A stretch of DNA of 63,841 nucleotides, the filler included, from Phoronis australis (lineage: Eukaryota; Animalia; Phoronida), in the NCBI GenBank assembly GCA_002633005.1. It is 7 parts of 7 records of this genome, joined end to end, with 100 filler letters (N's around TTAATTAATTAA, not from the genome) between each part and the next. Parts side by side here need not be neighbours in the genome. Positions count along the whole stretch, not along the records: positions 51,537 to 54,991 come from NMRA01003012.1; positions 55,092 to 60,163 come from NMRA01002435.1; positions 60,264 to 63,841 come from NMRA01002948.1; 4 more parts are not named here. One strand, given 5' to 3'. The notes beneath the pieces are model-generated. The model did no database searches. It saw only the letters and a list, made by a program, of their open reading frames with translations, and was not told the DNA's origin. Made by a program: the position numbers and the translations under genes. Shown in pieces: positions 52,455 through 62,849 of the stretch; positions within the stretch are counted from its first letter, which is position 1, and each line of letters begins with the position of its first letter.

Positions 52455-52774
52455 ATGTTTGTCCTTATTTTTGTACTTTCAACTCGTATATAAATGTGTC
52501 AGCTATAATTATGGTTAAATGATATTGTAAATTCTTAATATTTGGCATTTTCATCCACATTTGGTAATTTTCTCATTATTGTTTGTGTGCAATGTGAATA
52601 TCATTCTTACTATAGGAAATGAAATACAGTAACTCTCAGTTCAATGTATTGCTTCCCTGAACTTAACAAATCAGTGAGTAATCAAAGGTCTACAATACGA
52701 TGATTAGTTTCACTTTTCCAAATTACCAAAAAGTGCTGAAGAAATGCAATGGCCATGTAAGTTTTAGCCAAACA

Positions 52775-53994
52775 TTTTTTGCACCCACATCACCGTCATC
52801 TCTGTTCGTCCGTCCAGCGTCCCGCGTCCGGTGCTCGATCTCCAAAACCCTGTGATGTATGTTCATGAAATTTTGCATAGATGGGACGGCATGAGCGAAC
52901 TTTTGGACGGATCTGACTACCAGTGTGCCCCCTAGTGGCAATTTTAGTTGTTTACGTTTACCTCTGTATATTCAAACGTTCTCAACGTATTTTCATACAA
53001 TTTGGCATATAGGCATCTATTAGTGAGATGACATTATCCTCCCATTTTCGGATGGATTTGACGTAGTTTGCGTCACCTAGTGGCCATTTTTGCTGTTTTC
53101 GAGTCTGTTTTCTAGCGTCCACCCCTTTATCAACCAAACCGCTCTAAGCTTGATTGTGAAAATTGGTATGTATGTTCTTACTACGAAGAGGACGGCTGAC
53201 GATGATTTTTCGACTTCTATTTCCGTGGCACCTCCTAGTGGCAGTTTTTTTGCACCCATGGCTGTATTTCCTAAACTGCTAGCAAGATCTTTACTAAATT
53301 TAGCATGTGTATTTTATGATGTTGACAACGGATGATGACAACTTTCGGACGGATCTGACTACTGATGTGCCCCCTAGTGGCAATTTTAGTTTTTTACGTT
53401 TACCTCTGTAGCTTAAAAGGTGAGATAATACTATCCATCCGTTTTCGGCTGGAATCAAGGTTCTTTGTGCCACCTAGTGGCCATTTTTACTGTTTTTTGG
53501 CGTCCACCCCTCGATCAACCAAACAATTCTGAAGATGATTTTGAAAATTGGCATATATGGTCTAGGTGTGAAGAGGACGGTTGACGATGATGAATTTGAC
53601 TACAGTGGCGCCTCCTAGAGGTAGTCTTGTTTTGCGCCCATAGCTGCATCTTCTAAACCCACTGCAGGTTATTAAATTTAGTAATTGTATTAAAATGAAG
53701 CTAACACCAGACGTTGACACCTTTCAGGTGGATCCAACGAATGCTGTGCACCATAGTGGCCATTTCATTTTTTCCATTTTCCTTCCTTTCTCTGAAGTTC
53801 CCCAACAGATTTTTATGAAATTTGGCAAATAGCTCTCTATTAAAGAAGCAATGCCGATGGCATGTTCCCGTTTTCATATAAATTGGACGTTTTTGCTCCA
53901 TCTAGTGGCCATTTTTATGAAACAAACAACCCTAGAAGCACACCGTTTGTGGTGCATTCGTGGCCACATTTCAGTGCTTCGCGTTGCTCTTGTT
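52775..53994 (-). mobile_element. Second copy of the DINE-1/HINE-like repeat seen at 23246-24310
   Basis: Ends in GCGTTGCTCTTGTT (reverse complement of AACAAGAGCAACGC). Contains repeated GCCCCCTAGTGGC/CACCTAGTGGCC units and a CGTCCGTCC tract. Confidence 0.7.
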
Positions 53995-54991
53995 AATGAT
54001 TTGTCCATATACTGTTACAAAACTTCTCGACTTCATCCTTTCCCAGATTAGAAGTGATTTCAGGTGTTGGAAGGAACTGAAGGTTCGCTAGTGCTTGAGG
54101 TGATGCTTGGTGCATAGAACCACCTGCCAGGTCAAACCATCTTATACAGCTTTGACTTAATAAGCATTAAGCTGTTCATTCTTCCAAAGACCAAAATCAC
54201 TTCTAATCGAAGTAAGAAAGTCAATTTATTCTAATTTTATTATAACATGCTCTAAATAAAGATTTTTTTTACAAAAGTACTTTTCTTGCTGCTATAACTT
54301 GAGAACCAGAGGTCTGTTTCATGATGCGACTCAAGACCTACATCATAAACTTGGTCGTATGCTCCACACAATTTCTTAAAAACAATTATCACTAGAGCAA
54401 AAATGCACTCTCTGATAACATACAAATAAGCGATTCTTGCCGAGATAATTTCTGAAAATTATGTCCAGATTGTTATGCGTTACTTGGCTAAACCTTTTTC
54501 AACAAATTCTGAAGTGGAAGCACAACACCAAATTTCGGTTTCTAGACACTTTTCATGTGACAGACCTCAGGAGAGATGAAGCTGCGTTTGTTTATGATTC
54601 ACCAACACTGGCTGCCAGTGCACTAACTGCCAGAGCACCAATTGGTACCTGGTACCCATTTATTGTACTTACCCGGTTGTCTCAGATTAATACAACAGAC
54701 AGGACATTAGCTGGTTGCATTGTCACCTTTGGGCAGTGTTTTTTCTCTCGAAATCTAAGGCGGTGACAGTGTATGTATTTTTCCTTTAATTAAATTTGCA
54801 TAAAAGCGGCCAATGGTCTACATACGACACTGTGATATTCGTTGATGTAACCAAATTCTTATACACTTCAGTTAGCTGGAAATGAGGAACAGTTTATCAT
54901 AATAGCTGCATAATTGAGATTTTGTCCAGTGGGGCCCAATGAGACATTCATACTGGATAGTTGAGATTCCTTCCATTACAGCAATGTAGAA

Positions 54992-55091
54992 NNNNNNNNN
55001 NNNNNNNNNNNNNNNNNNNNNNNNNNNNNNNNNNNTTAATTAATTAANNNNNNNNNNNNNNNNNNNNNNNNNNNNNNNNNNNNNNNNNNNN
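54992..55091. other. Artificial contig-joining spacer
   Basis: N44-TTAATTAATTAA-N44. Confidence 0.99.
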
Positions 55092-55398
55092 ATTTACGAA
55101 TGCGAGCTGGATTTTGAAAATGCGGCCTGAGATTTTGGCTAGGTCGCAAAATGCGACCTGGCGATTTCAATAGCGTCGAGCCCTGTAAGGTAACGATTTA
55201 TAACACAAAATTGTCTTAGAAATCTGAAATCGGGTAATTTACCGAAATGGGTTTTAAACGGAGGCAAATATGGAGCACCGTGTCCTACTTTTTGATTGTC
55301 CTCCCTAATTAAATTTTAGGTTCTTCGAAGGTTTGCTAGTTGTGTTCTGATAAAGATCAGTCAGAACATAAATGTGGCTTTCGGTGACAAGATATAGT

Positions 55399-55550
55399 TG
55401 TTGTAGATGTGCTTCCGGTGAATTATATGAGCCTCTGTTAGCTACTCGCTCACGGGCAATTGCCTATTAACTGAATGGTTAGCACGCTTGCCGGTTTTAT
55501 GGGGGTTGCGGGTTCGATCCCCAAGTCGGGTGATCTCGGCTATTACTACA
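55399..55550 (+). repeat. 5' LTR of the TRIM
   Basis: TGTTGTAG...TATTACTACA; A-box variant TAACTGAATGG at 55468-55478 and B box GGTTCGATCCC at 55511-55521. Confidence 0.95.
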
Positions 55551-55552
55551 AA

Positions 55553-55566
55553 TGGCGTAGTTGGCA
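55553..55566 (+). promoter_or_regulatory. Primer-binding site complementary to the 3' end of tRNA-Ser
   Basis: TGGCGTAGTTGGCA versus TGGCGTAGTCGGCA expected from the recalled eukaryotic tRNA-Ser(AGA/TGA) 3' end ...TGCCGACTACGCCA. The single difference would be a G:U pair. Confidence 0.88.
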
Positions 55567-55770
55567 AACGGATGATCTACCGATGAAGCACTGCCAACTA
55601 GTACCCACGGACCTCGGGACAGCGTGCGTGGAAGGATCCAGGAGTCAAGGACCTGTATGAGAGACGACCTTGTGTTCACTTGTGTTGTGGTGGTAAAGGT
55701 ACCAAGGGACGTTGATGACCTGTATGAAAGACATCCTGGTGTTCACCTTCCTGTCGCTTGCCCATTCCGT

Positions 55771-55784
55771 AGGAAAGGGGGGAA
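55771..55784 (+). promoter_or_regulatory. Polypurine tract (plus-strand primer)
   Basis: AGGAAAGGGGGGAA lies directly before the TG of the 3' LTR. Confidence 0.92.
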
Positions 55785-55936
55785 TGTTGTAGATGTGCTT
55801 CCGGTGAATTATATGAGCCTCTGTTAGATACTCGCTCACGGGCAATTGCCTATTAGCTGAATGGTTAGCACGCTTGCCGGTTTTATGGGGGTTGCGGGTT
55901 CGATCCCCGAGTCAGGTGATCTCGGCTATTACTACA
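55785..55936 (+). repeat. 3' LTR of the TRIM
   Basis: 152 bp, 148/152 identical to the 5' LTR. Confidence 0.95.
55854..55907 (+). promoter_or_regulatory. Type-2 RNA polymerase III internal promoter (tRNA-like) inside the LTR
   Basis: A box TAGCTGAATGG (55854-55864) fits TRGCNNARYGG. B box GGTTCGATCCC (55897-55907) fits GGTTCGANNCC. They are 32 nt apart, and the T-arm CGGG-TTCGATC-CCCG is intact. Confidence 0.85.
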
Positions 55937-56957
55937 TAGTAACAGAACAATTCCGTAAAGGCAAGTCCTTATTTCAGCAAAAAATTTACCACAATCCGCA
56001 GTATTTTCAATTAAATATAAATAAATGCAAAATGTGCCAAAACGTCCGATAATTAGGTCGCCTAACTGTAGCCAGTCGAGTCGAGAGGCTACGTGTTGCC
56101 TGCAATTTCTATATTTAAAACTTGTACATGTTTGATTTTTAGTTACAGATGAAACAAATGAGAAAGTAAAGAAGACCAAGTATCACCTCACGAATTGCAG
56201 CTTCCAGATTTTGAGAAACAACTTCATTNTTTTGAGAGTTTCTTTCGCTTTTTGTTCGGTTAAACCGATGCCGGTAAAAAGCACGACTCTTTCGTCAGCC
56301 ATCTTCACAGGGACTCAAAAAGGTGAAGCTAGGAAATGTACAGAAATTTGAAAATGAAAACCAGCAACAACTTTGAAATGCAGAGTAGATAAAATTTTAC
56401 TATTTTATACTTCCAATACTTATTCACTATATTTAGAATCATTTTCACAAATTGTACAAACAACAAAAATTCAATGTATGCCACGCCACATTACTATTTT
56501 GTGAAAGCCTATGAGTTGTTTTTAGAGGTCGCTGTAGTCGCTGGCACGTGTGAGTAATCTCAAACAATAACAAGTTAAATGTTTACAATTGTGTTAACAG
56601 TAGGTTTTGTGCCGTGGCACCTGTGAAGCTTAATCTCAAGGTGTCCAAATGTTTGTTTGAACCAGATCCCACAGCCTAATTAAGTTCAATCCTATTACTT
56701 GCGCAACTTACTTGTTTTCTCACGGCCAAGGTCACAACTTTTTTGCTGATTGGTGGCTGGTTTTTTGGCCGGGGGCCTGGCAATGAGATACTATGATTAC
56801 TGTAGACATGGCCTAGGCAGCATATTTAGAACAAAAATAAAGTGACAGAATCGCGGTTTTGGCAGTTTATGTATACCCAATAGCAGTATTGAAAAAAATG
56901 GGGGGCTAATAGCCCCCAACACCCCCTGACCCTGTGTCGCACCATCCAGAGACCATG

Positions 56958-58838
56958 CATAGACCCTATTCACGCCAACAGGAGGCGCGTTCCAAAACGA
57001 GGCTCGCTACGATAGCTCTGTTAGCTTATCGGCATAGGAGTCTGTGTTTCAGTCCGTGCTGTTCCCCGAACGGCTAGAAAAAATATGGACACGCTTCACA
57101 ATCTCTAACGACGTTTAGATTCGGAAGCGTTGGGTCGTTGCCATAGGCCGACGAAGCAAAATATGTCCGTGTAAAATAAATGTTTTCGAAAAGTTAGATC
57201 ATATTTTGTCGCATCTCGGTCAGTTGTCAAGCATCATAGTAACGACCGGAGAATGGGCCAACCAGGTTGTATTTTCATGANAAAAAATACGTACACGCTT
57301 CACAATCTCTAAAGACGTTTAGATTCGGAAGCGTTGGGTCGTTGCCATACGCCGACGAAGCAAAATATGTCCGTGTAAAATAAATGTTTTCGAAAAGTTA
57401 GATCATATTTTGTCGCATCTCGGTCAGTTGTCAAGCATCATAGTAACGACCAGAGAATGGGCCAGCCAGGTTGTATTTTCATGACTACGGATTTAGGGGG
57501 TGGGGCACTAAAATTGTATCAGATCCCATTTTTGAGTTCGGGTGCGAATTGCTGACTAGCACATGTGCGCAACCAGGGGGTCTTGGACGGTGAATAAACA
57601 ACGCCTAGGCGCTGAATGAACCCTGTTTACCGTTTTTTTTAGTCAACAGGTCCGCAAACCCAAGCCCCTGCTACGGGTTGAAACATTATAATTTTTCTCA
57701 GTTTCCAAAAAGGACAGAGCCCTCAATCCCTCAAATTTAGGGCCCAATATCGGCCATATTCCCCTCTCAAAAATATCAAAATATCACGCGAAATTCCCCC
57801 CACGAGGCATGAAAATTCCCCTAGTGAAAAATCTCTCTGATTTCACATAACCTGTAACCACACAGGTGACAAGTTTTAAGAGCACAAAAGGCTACTTTAA
57901 AATGAGACAGAACCTATGAGAACTTGCAACAGGGCGGGGGTGCTATTGATGGTGATCGGGAGGTAGACTGTTCCCGCCCTCATTCGGCGAAAAAATCGCC
58001 TCTCAGTAGGCACTGGCACCTTTGCCCTCGGATGAACGAGGTTCCTGCAGAAACATGATAACTATGATTTCATTGTCCAGTTAACTGAAATTGAGTTCTG
58101 AAACGAGGTTACGTTTGGACGAACGAATTAGGTGTTTTAATTTTAAAATTCAACTTGGTCCAAATTCAAATCTAACACATGAAATAGACGAAAGAATTTT
58201 TACAGCCAAGAAAGCAGAATTGATGGTCAAATAATTTTTATTTTCAATTACGAGTCTGGTTTATTAATTTAATAAAAAATCCATTTAATAACATCAATTA
58301 TTCTTTCAGATCAATGACAAATCAACTGTTAGTACAAGGGAGTGCATAGGATCAGGCTATGCTTGATTTTAATATTCTTGATCAACAAATTAAACCAGAT
58401 GTGACTCATTGCACATGACAGCCACCACTGTCGAATATGTCTTAAACTCGTCAACAATACGAGCAGATGACCTGGTCCGCGTAGAAAGTATTTTGATCAA
58501 CAATTTACAAGAAAAAAGTAACCCTGCATTCAGCATAATACCTAATCCGTAACACTACGATCGCCGCAATTTGGTCATATTTACTTTTCATGTTTCGAAC
58601 CTAGTTTTCCGAAAAAAATTAAACCCTTTCGTCAGACAACTCTTTGACGCCTTAACATGTTATCTAATGTAATTTTCTACGTCTGTGTGGTTTAATTGTT
58701 GACACATTATTAAAATTCAATATCCAGGTTGGACTCGAAAGACCGGCTATTTAACTCACGCAATGTCTACTTTCACTTTGTTTATCGCAGTGAGCCTCGC
58801 TTTGGATTTTAATGTCCGCCGCGTGAATAGAGTCTATG
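56958..58838. mobile_element. Non-autonomous DNA transposon (about 1.9 kb) with imperfect TIRs and a possible THAP remnant
   Basis: CATAGACCCTATTCACGC and GCGTGAATAGAGTCTATG match at 17/18. An inner pair is TCCAAAACGAGGCTCGCTACGATA / TATCGCAGTGAGCCTCGCTTTGGA. A degenerate internal frame reads ..KDV*IRKRWVVAIRR. Confidence 0.7.
57079..57484. repeat. About 200-bp tandem duplication joined by a single N (57281); probable assembly overlap
   Basis: Near-identical copies on either side of the N. Confidence 0.85.
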
Positions 58839-60163
58839 GCATTGTGGTCTGCAAGTGCTTTATGAACTAAGTGTCAACTAACTCTGTGTGTGTCTGTTAT
58901 GTCTGCTGCATTACTTGGCAGAATGACGTTGTTAATTAGATGTGATATTTTGACAATAACTGATAAAAAAATTTATTTGGTTAAAAATGCCACCAAGACG
59001 AAGAGTTTTATTTTCCTTTTGTAAGATAATAATGTTCAGTGTGAGCAAAAATGATGTCGTATAAGAACGCTACATATTTTCAACAGTGTGTGTAGCTAGA
59101 TTTTCTTGTGAATGTATTGCGTCTATGTAACGGAGCCCAGGTTGTACCGTCGAGCTAGTTATGGAAGTATATGACACTTCTGAAACAGTTGCTGTAAAGT
59201 TGCTTCTTTTTAAAAATCTTTAAGTTGATTTAGATCATGTACCGTTATAAAATTAGTCTCAAATTATTCCTAACACAAACCAGCAGAGGTTTCTGGGAAT
59301 GGGAAAAGCTGAGAATAAACGTTTTGCGAAATACGAAAGAAAGTGGATTTTTGTCCCATTTCTGTTGGCGTCACGGTGCTATAACCCATATCCACTTCTC
59401 CACTCATCATTACGTACATCATTTGGCGGGAAACTTGGAAATAACTAATTTGTCTTCAAAATTTAAAAAATCGCGATTAAAGTTAGGCATTAAAAGTGCT
59501 TATTTAGTTAGATTTTATGGTGTTCATATTTTTGCTAACTGAAACCTCAAAAACTAACTGGAAAATGCATGACGGGATCTCTTTGCACTGGCAATCCATC
59601 AACAGTATGACGTTCCGCCAGAGATCTCCATGGGACACAACCATTTGCTCACATTATCCAAATAACCGGACCTCAGTTTCGGTAGCCTTTCGCATGCCTA
59701 CTTGTGGCCAAGAAACACCCGGTGCGAGTCCGCGTAAGATATCCGAATACGGAGGGTCTGATTTCCGGTCATGGCGTACCCGGATACGTCTGTGGAGCTG
59801 AAGAGTTTAGTGGTGTAGTTCGATGAAGGAAGCAGCCTCAATACGCCGAATCAAATGTGCACTGACCGTGTGCTCTTCAACACAGCCAAAGCTACGGGAT
59901 GCATGCACCCTATAAATACGTTTCAAACAAACCTCACCACCAAACACTCATTCGCCTCAGGACGTGACAAAAAGGCCTCCCTCGGCGATCGCCACTCATT
60001 TCAACCGGCAAGGGACTTCTTGAATACTAAATTTTGGGTTCACCAGCGCTTCGTTACATCGTTCTAAGCATGTCCGATTAAGACATAATATACTGGGGAG
60101 CCCAATGTTCGTCCGCCTAAGCATAAAACCGACTTGCTGTTGTACTCACCGAATTATTCCACT

Positions 60164-60263
60164 NNNNNNNNNNNNNNNNNNNNNNNNNNNNNNNNNNNNN
60201 NNNNNNNTTAATTAATTAANNNNNNNNNNNNNNNNNNNNNNNNNNNNNNNNNNNNNNNNNNNN
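60164..60263. other. Artificial contig-joining spacer
   Basis: N44-TTAATTAATTAA-N44. Confidence 0.99.
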
Positions 60264-60265
60264 TG

Positions 60266-60556
60266 AATTGGAGCGTGCGCAGTATAAAAATGGTGAGTTC
60301 ACGATTTTGGGAACTGAAATAGGGACTGCTCGAAGAAAAGGTTTCATAACGGGAGTATTTGTTCGAGTTGGAAGGAATTAATCACATCGACAACCTCCTA
60401 AGGTGTTCCTCTATGCGCAAAAGGTATTTATAACAATGTGACTTTTATGGTTTAGTCGGTGCGAGGCATAATTTGCCGAAAAGCTTCCGGCATACAGAGC
60501 GCCTATAGCCTCTACATCGCCTCTGCTTCGGGCCAACAGAGGCGATGGTCATTGCC
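60266..60556 (-). mobile_element. Right arm of a foldback/MITE element truncated by the contig edge
   Basis: Near-identical reverse complement of 61461-61750; ends ...GGTCATTGCC|TAA. Confidence 0.8.
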
Positions 60557-60817
60557 TAATCCCAGCTTAGCCTTTACTGGCGGACAATCGAGCATTGCAC
60601 AAAAGTGTCACATACTCGTCATACTCCTCTACTCTAGGCTCAGTCTTACTTGTGAATGAATGAATTTATGCAAGGGAATGAATTTATGCAAGGGAATAAG
60701 TGAGAACCATTTCGGAATACTCGACTTAATTCGAGTATGAATTTTAAGGAAGAGAGAGAGAAAGGTTATTAAATTGTTATGATTGACCTCACAACCACAG
60801 GTTACATTAGATGATTA

Positions 60818-61380
60818 GACAGTGACTACCGTTTCTAGCTGGCAGTAGAGAGGGTGAAGCTCCTATAATAAGAGTTTCATACGCCAGAAGCTTTTCATCA
60901 AATTATGCCTCGCACTGATTAAAACAATCAAAGTTAGAATTACCATTTGCACATGGAAGGACACCTTTGGAAGCCATCGATGTCTTTACTTCCTTCCAAC
61001 TCAAACAAATACTCCTGTTATCAAACTTTTTCTTCGAGCAGTCCTTGGTTCAGTTCCCAAAATGGGTAACTGGTAATTTTTAACAGTGCACGCGCTACTA
61101 TTGGGCGTAGTAAAAATTATAGCGTGCACAGTGTAAAAATGGCCATTTACCGATTATAGGCTCTGAATGAAGCTGAGCTTGAAGAAAAAGTTTGATAACA
61201 TGAGTATTTGTTCAAGTTGGAAGGAATTAAAAACATCAAAAGCCTCCTAAGGTGTCCCTCTATTCGCAAAAGGTACTTATAACTAATGTTTTAGTCAGTG
61301 TGAGGCATAATTCGCCAAAAAGCTTCAAACGTATGAAGAGCTTCACTGTCTACTGCCAGCTAGAGATGGTAGTTGCTGTC
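60818..61380. mobile_element. Foldback MITE (about 560 bp, nearly fully palindromic), diverged subfamily
   Basis: TTA|GACAGTGACTACCGTTTCTAGCTGGCAGTAGA...TCTACTGCCAGCTAGAGATGGTAGTTGCTGTC|TAA. The arms converge on GTGCACGC...GCGTGCAC at about 61087-61128. Confidence 0.8.
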
Positions 61381-61460
61381 TAAGGTTACATGGCATTAGT
61401 CCAAAGGTGCTCTGTATAGTCTACTAGTCCTTTGGCATTGCCATTGTTAGCATTTGTTAA

Positions 61461-62384
61461 GCAATGACCATCGCCTCTGTTGGCCCGAAGCAGAGGCGAT
61501 GCAGAGGCTATAGGCGCTCTGTACGCCGGAAGCTTTTCGGCAAATTATGCCTCGCACCGACTAAACCATCAAAGTCACGTTGTTATAAATACCTTTTGCG
61601 CATAGAGGAACACCTTAGGAGGTTGTCGATATGTTTAAGTCGTTCCAACTCGAACAAATACTCCCTTTATCAAACTTTTTCTTCGATCAGTCCCTATTTC
61701 AGTTCCCAAAATCGTGAAATCAAAATTTTTGTACTGTGCACGCTCCAATTTTTACCGCGCTCGCTAGGTGATGTGACTTCATCGCCTCAATTTTTAAATA
61801 GGCCAAAGGTGAGCCATTGCGGTCTTGTCAGTCAAATGTTCGTTTCCAAAATGCCACCACTTATACTTGTCTTTAATTGGCGTTACTTGAAACTGATTGT
61901 ATTTCAATGAATTATTGTTTGTATTTGATAAAAATAAATGCTGTTGATATGACATTTAATAGTCTTTGTGCACATATTTGACATTTTAATGTTTACCAAT
62001 CGGCAAATGCACGGCTGGTTCGCGGCAGCACGTACGCAAAGGGCGGGAACTTCAGCTTTCAAAGTTCGCCGGTAGGATCGCAACTTCTGACCTTCGGCCT
62101 GTTAAAAAAAAATGAAAATTTTGATTTCACGATTTTGGGAACTGAGATAGGGACTGATCAAAGAAAAAGTTTGATAACGGGAGTATTTGTTCGAGTTGGA
62201 AGGACTTAAACACATCGACAACCTCCTAAGGTGTTCCTCTATGCGCGAAAGGTATTCATAACAACGTGACTTTGATGGTTTAGTCGGTCCGAGGCATAAT
62301 TCGCCAAAAAGCTTCCGGCATACAGAGCGCCTACAGCCTCTGCATCGCCTCTGCTTCGGGCCAACAGAGGCGATGGTCATTGCC
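61461..62384. mobile_element. Foldback element with about 270-bp inverted arms and a unique spacer of about 385 bp
   Basis: Arms 61461-61729 and 62115-62384 are near-identical inverted repeats. Each carries an 11-bp-stem hairpin CATCGCCTCTG...CAGAGGCGATG near the terminus. Flanks are TA/TAA. Confidence 0.82.
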
Positions 62385-62614
62385 TAAGCATTTGTATGTT
62401 GATTGTATTGTTTCCTACTCGTCTCGTCTTGTCTCCTTCCATGGGATGATGTTGACTACTAGTGGTGGGAACTCCAGCTACTGATTGAAGTTTGAAATCT
62501 TGGAAGTTCTGTTCAGTGATGTCATGCTTTTGTGTATTTATTCCCCGAGTTTTATGTTTAAACTCTGATAGAACGAGTTTCAATGTCATGAGCTATTTTT
62601 TCATTCTCTTTCAG

Positions 62615-62669
62615 TAACAACATGCTATATCCAAAGGAAGACAAAGAACACAGATGTCTTCTCTATGCG
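62615..62669 (+). CDS. POLR2I: RNA polymerase II subunit RPB9 exon: (C)NNMLYPKEDKEHRCLLYA
   Basis: ctttcAG acceptor and GTGGGT donor; matches recalled RPB9 CNNMLYPKEDKENRILLYA. Confidence 0.95.
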
Positions 62670-62775
62670 GTGGGTTCAATGTGGGGTTTATGTAGTAGAT
62701 GTTTGCAAATTCTAATTCTCGTGTTACTGACATTGTGCTTTTTTCCTGGATTGTTATTGTCTTTTTGTATTTCAG

Positions 62776-62849
62776 TGTCGCAACTGTGATTACCAACAGG
62801 AGGCGGACAATCCTTGTATTTATGTGAACAAGATTACTCATGAAGTTGA
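62776..62849 (+). CDS. POLR2I: RNA polymerase II subunit RPB9 exon: [24 protein letters not shown](D/E)
   Basis: atttcAG acceptor and GTAAGT donor; zinc-ribbon segment near-identical to recalled RPB9. The first and later exons were not found in this contig. Confidence 0.96.

Larger units (their letters stand above)
55399..55936 (+). mobile_element. Complete TRIM (miniature non-autonomous LTR retrotransposon, 538 bp) with tRNA-like Pol III promoters in its LTRs
   Basis: Two 152-bp TG...CA direct repeats with 4 mismatches, a PBS 2 nt after the 5' LTR, a 14-nt PPT abutting the 3' LTR, a 234-bp non-coding interior, and TSD TAGT at 55395-55398 and 55937-55940. Confidence 0.95.

Noticed and set aside
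55846-55920. Functional tRNA gene within the LTR
   Set aside because: The A/B boxes and T-arm are present, but acceptor and anticodon stems cannot be paired convincingly. Treated as a tRNA-derived promoter.
55475-56052. Short ORFs overlapping the TRIM (MVSTLAGFMG...)
   Set aside because: About 60-67 aa with no gag/pol motifs; their duplication simply reflects the LTRs.
57079-57484. Second direct repeat in contig F as another LTR element
   Set aside because: The copies abut across a single N with no TG...CA ends, PBS, PPT or TSD, unlike the TRIM at 55399. Consistent with an assembly overlap.
26336-60263. TTAATTAATTAA palindrome recurring six times between N runs
   Set aside because: Identical 44+12+44 layout with stops in all six frames: an artificial concatenation linker. 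Gene neighbourhoods across these points have no biological meaning.
61464-62380. Paired ORFs MTIASVGPKQRRCRG... on opposite strands
   Set aside because: Translations of the two arms of an inverted repeat, with no recognisable domain.
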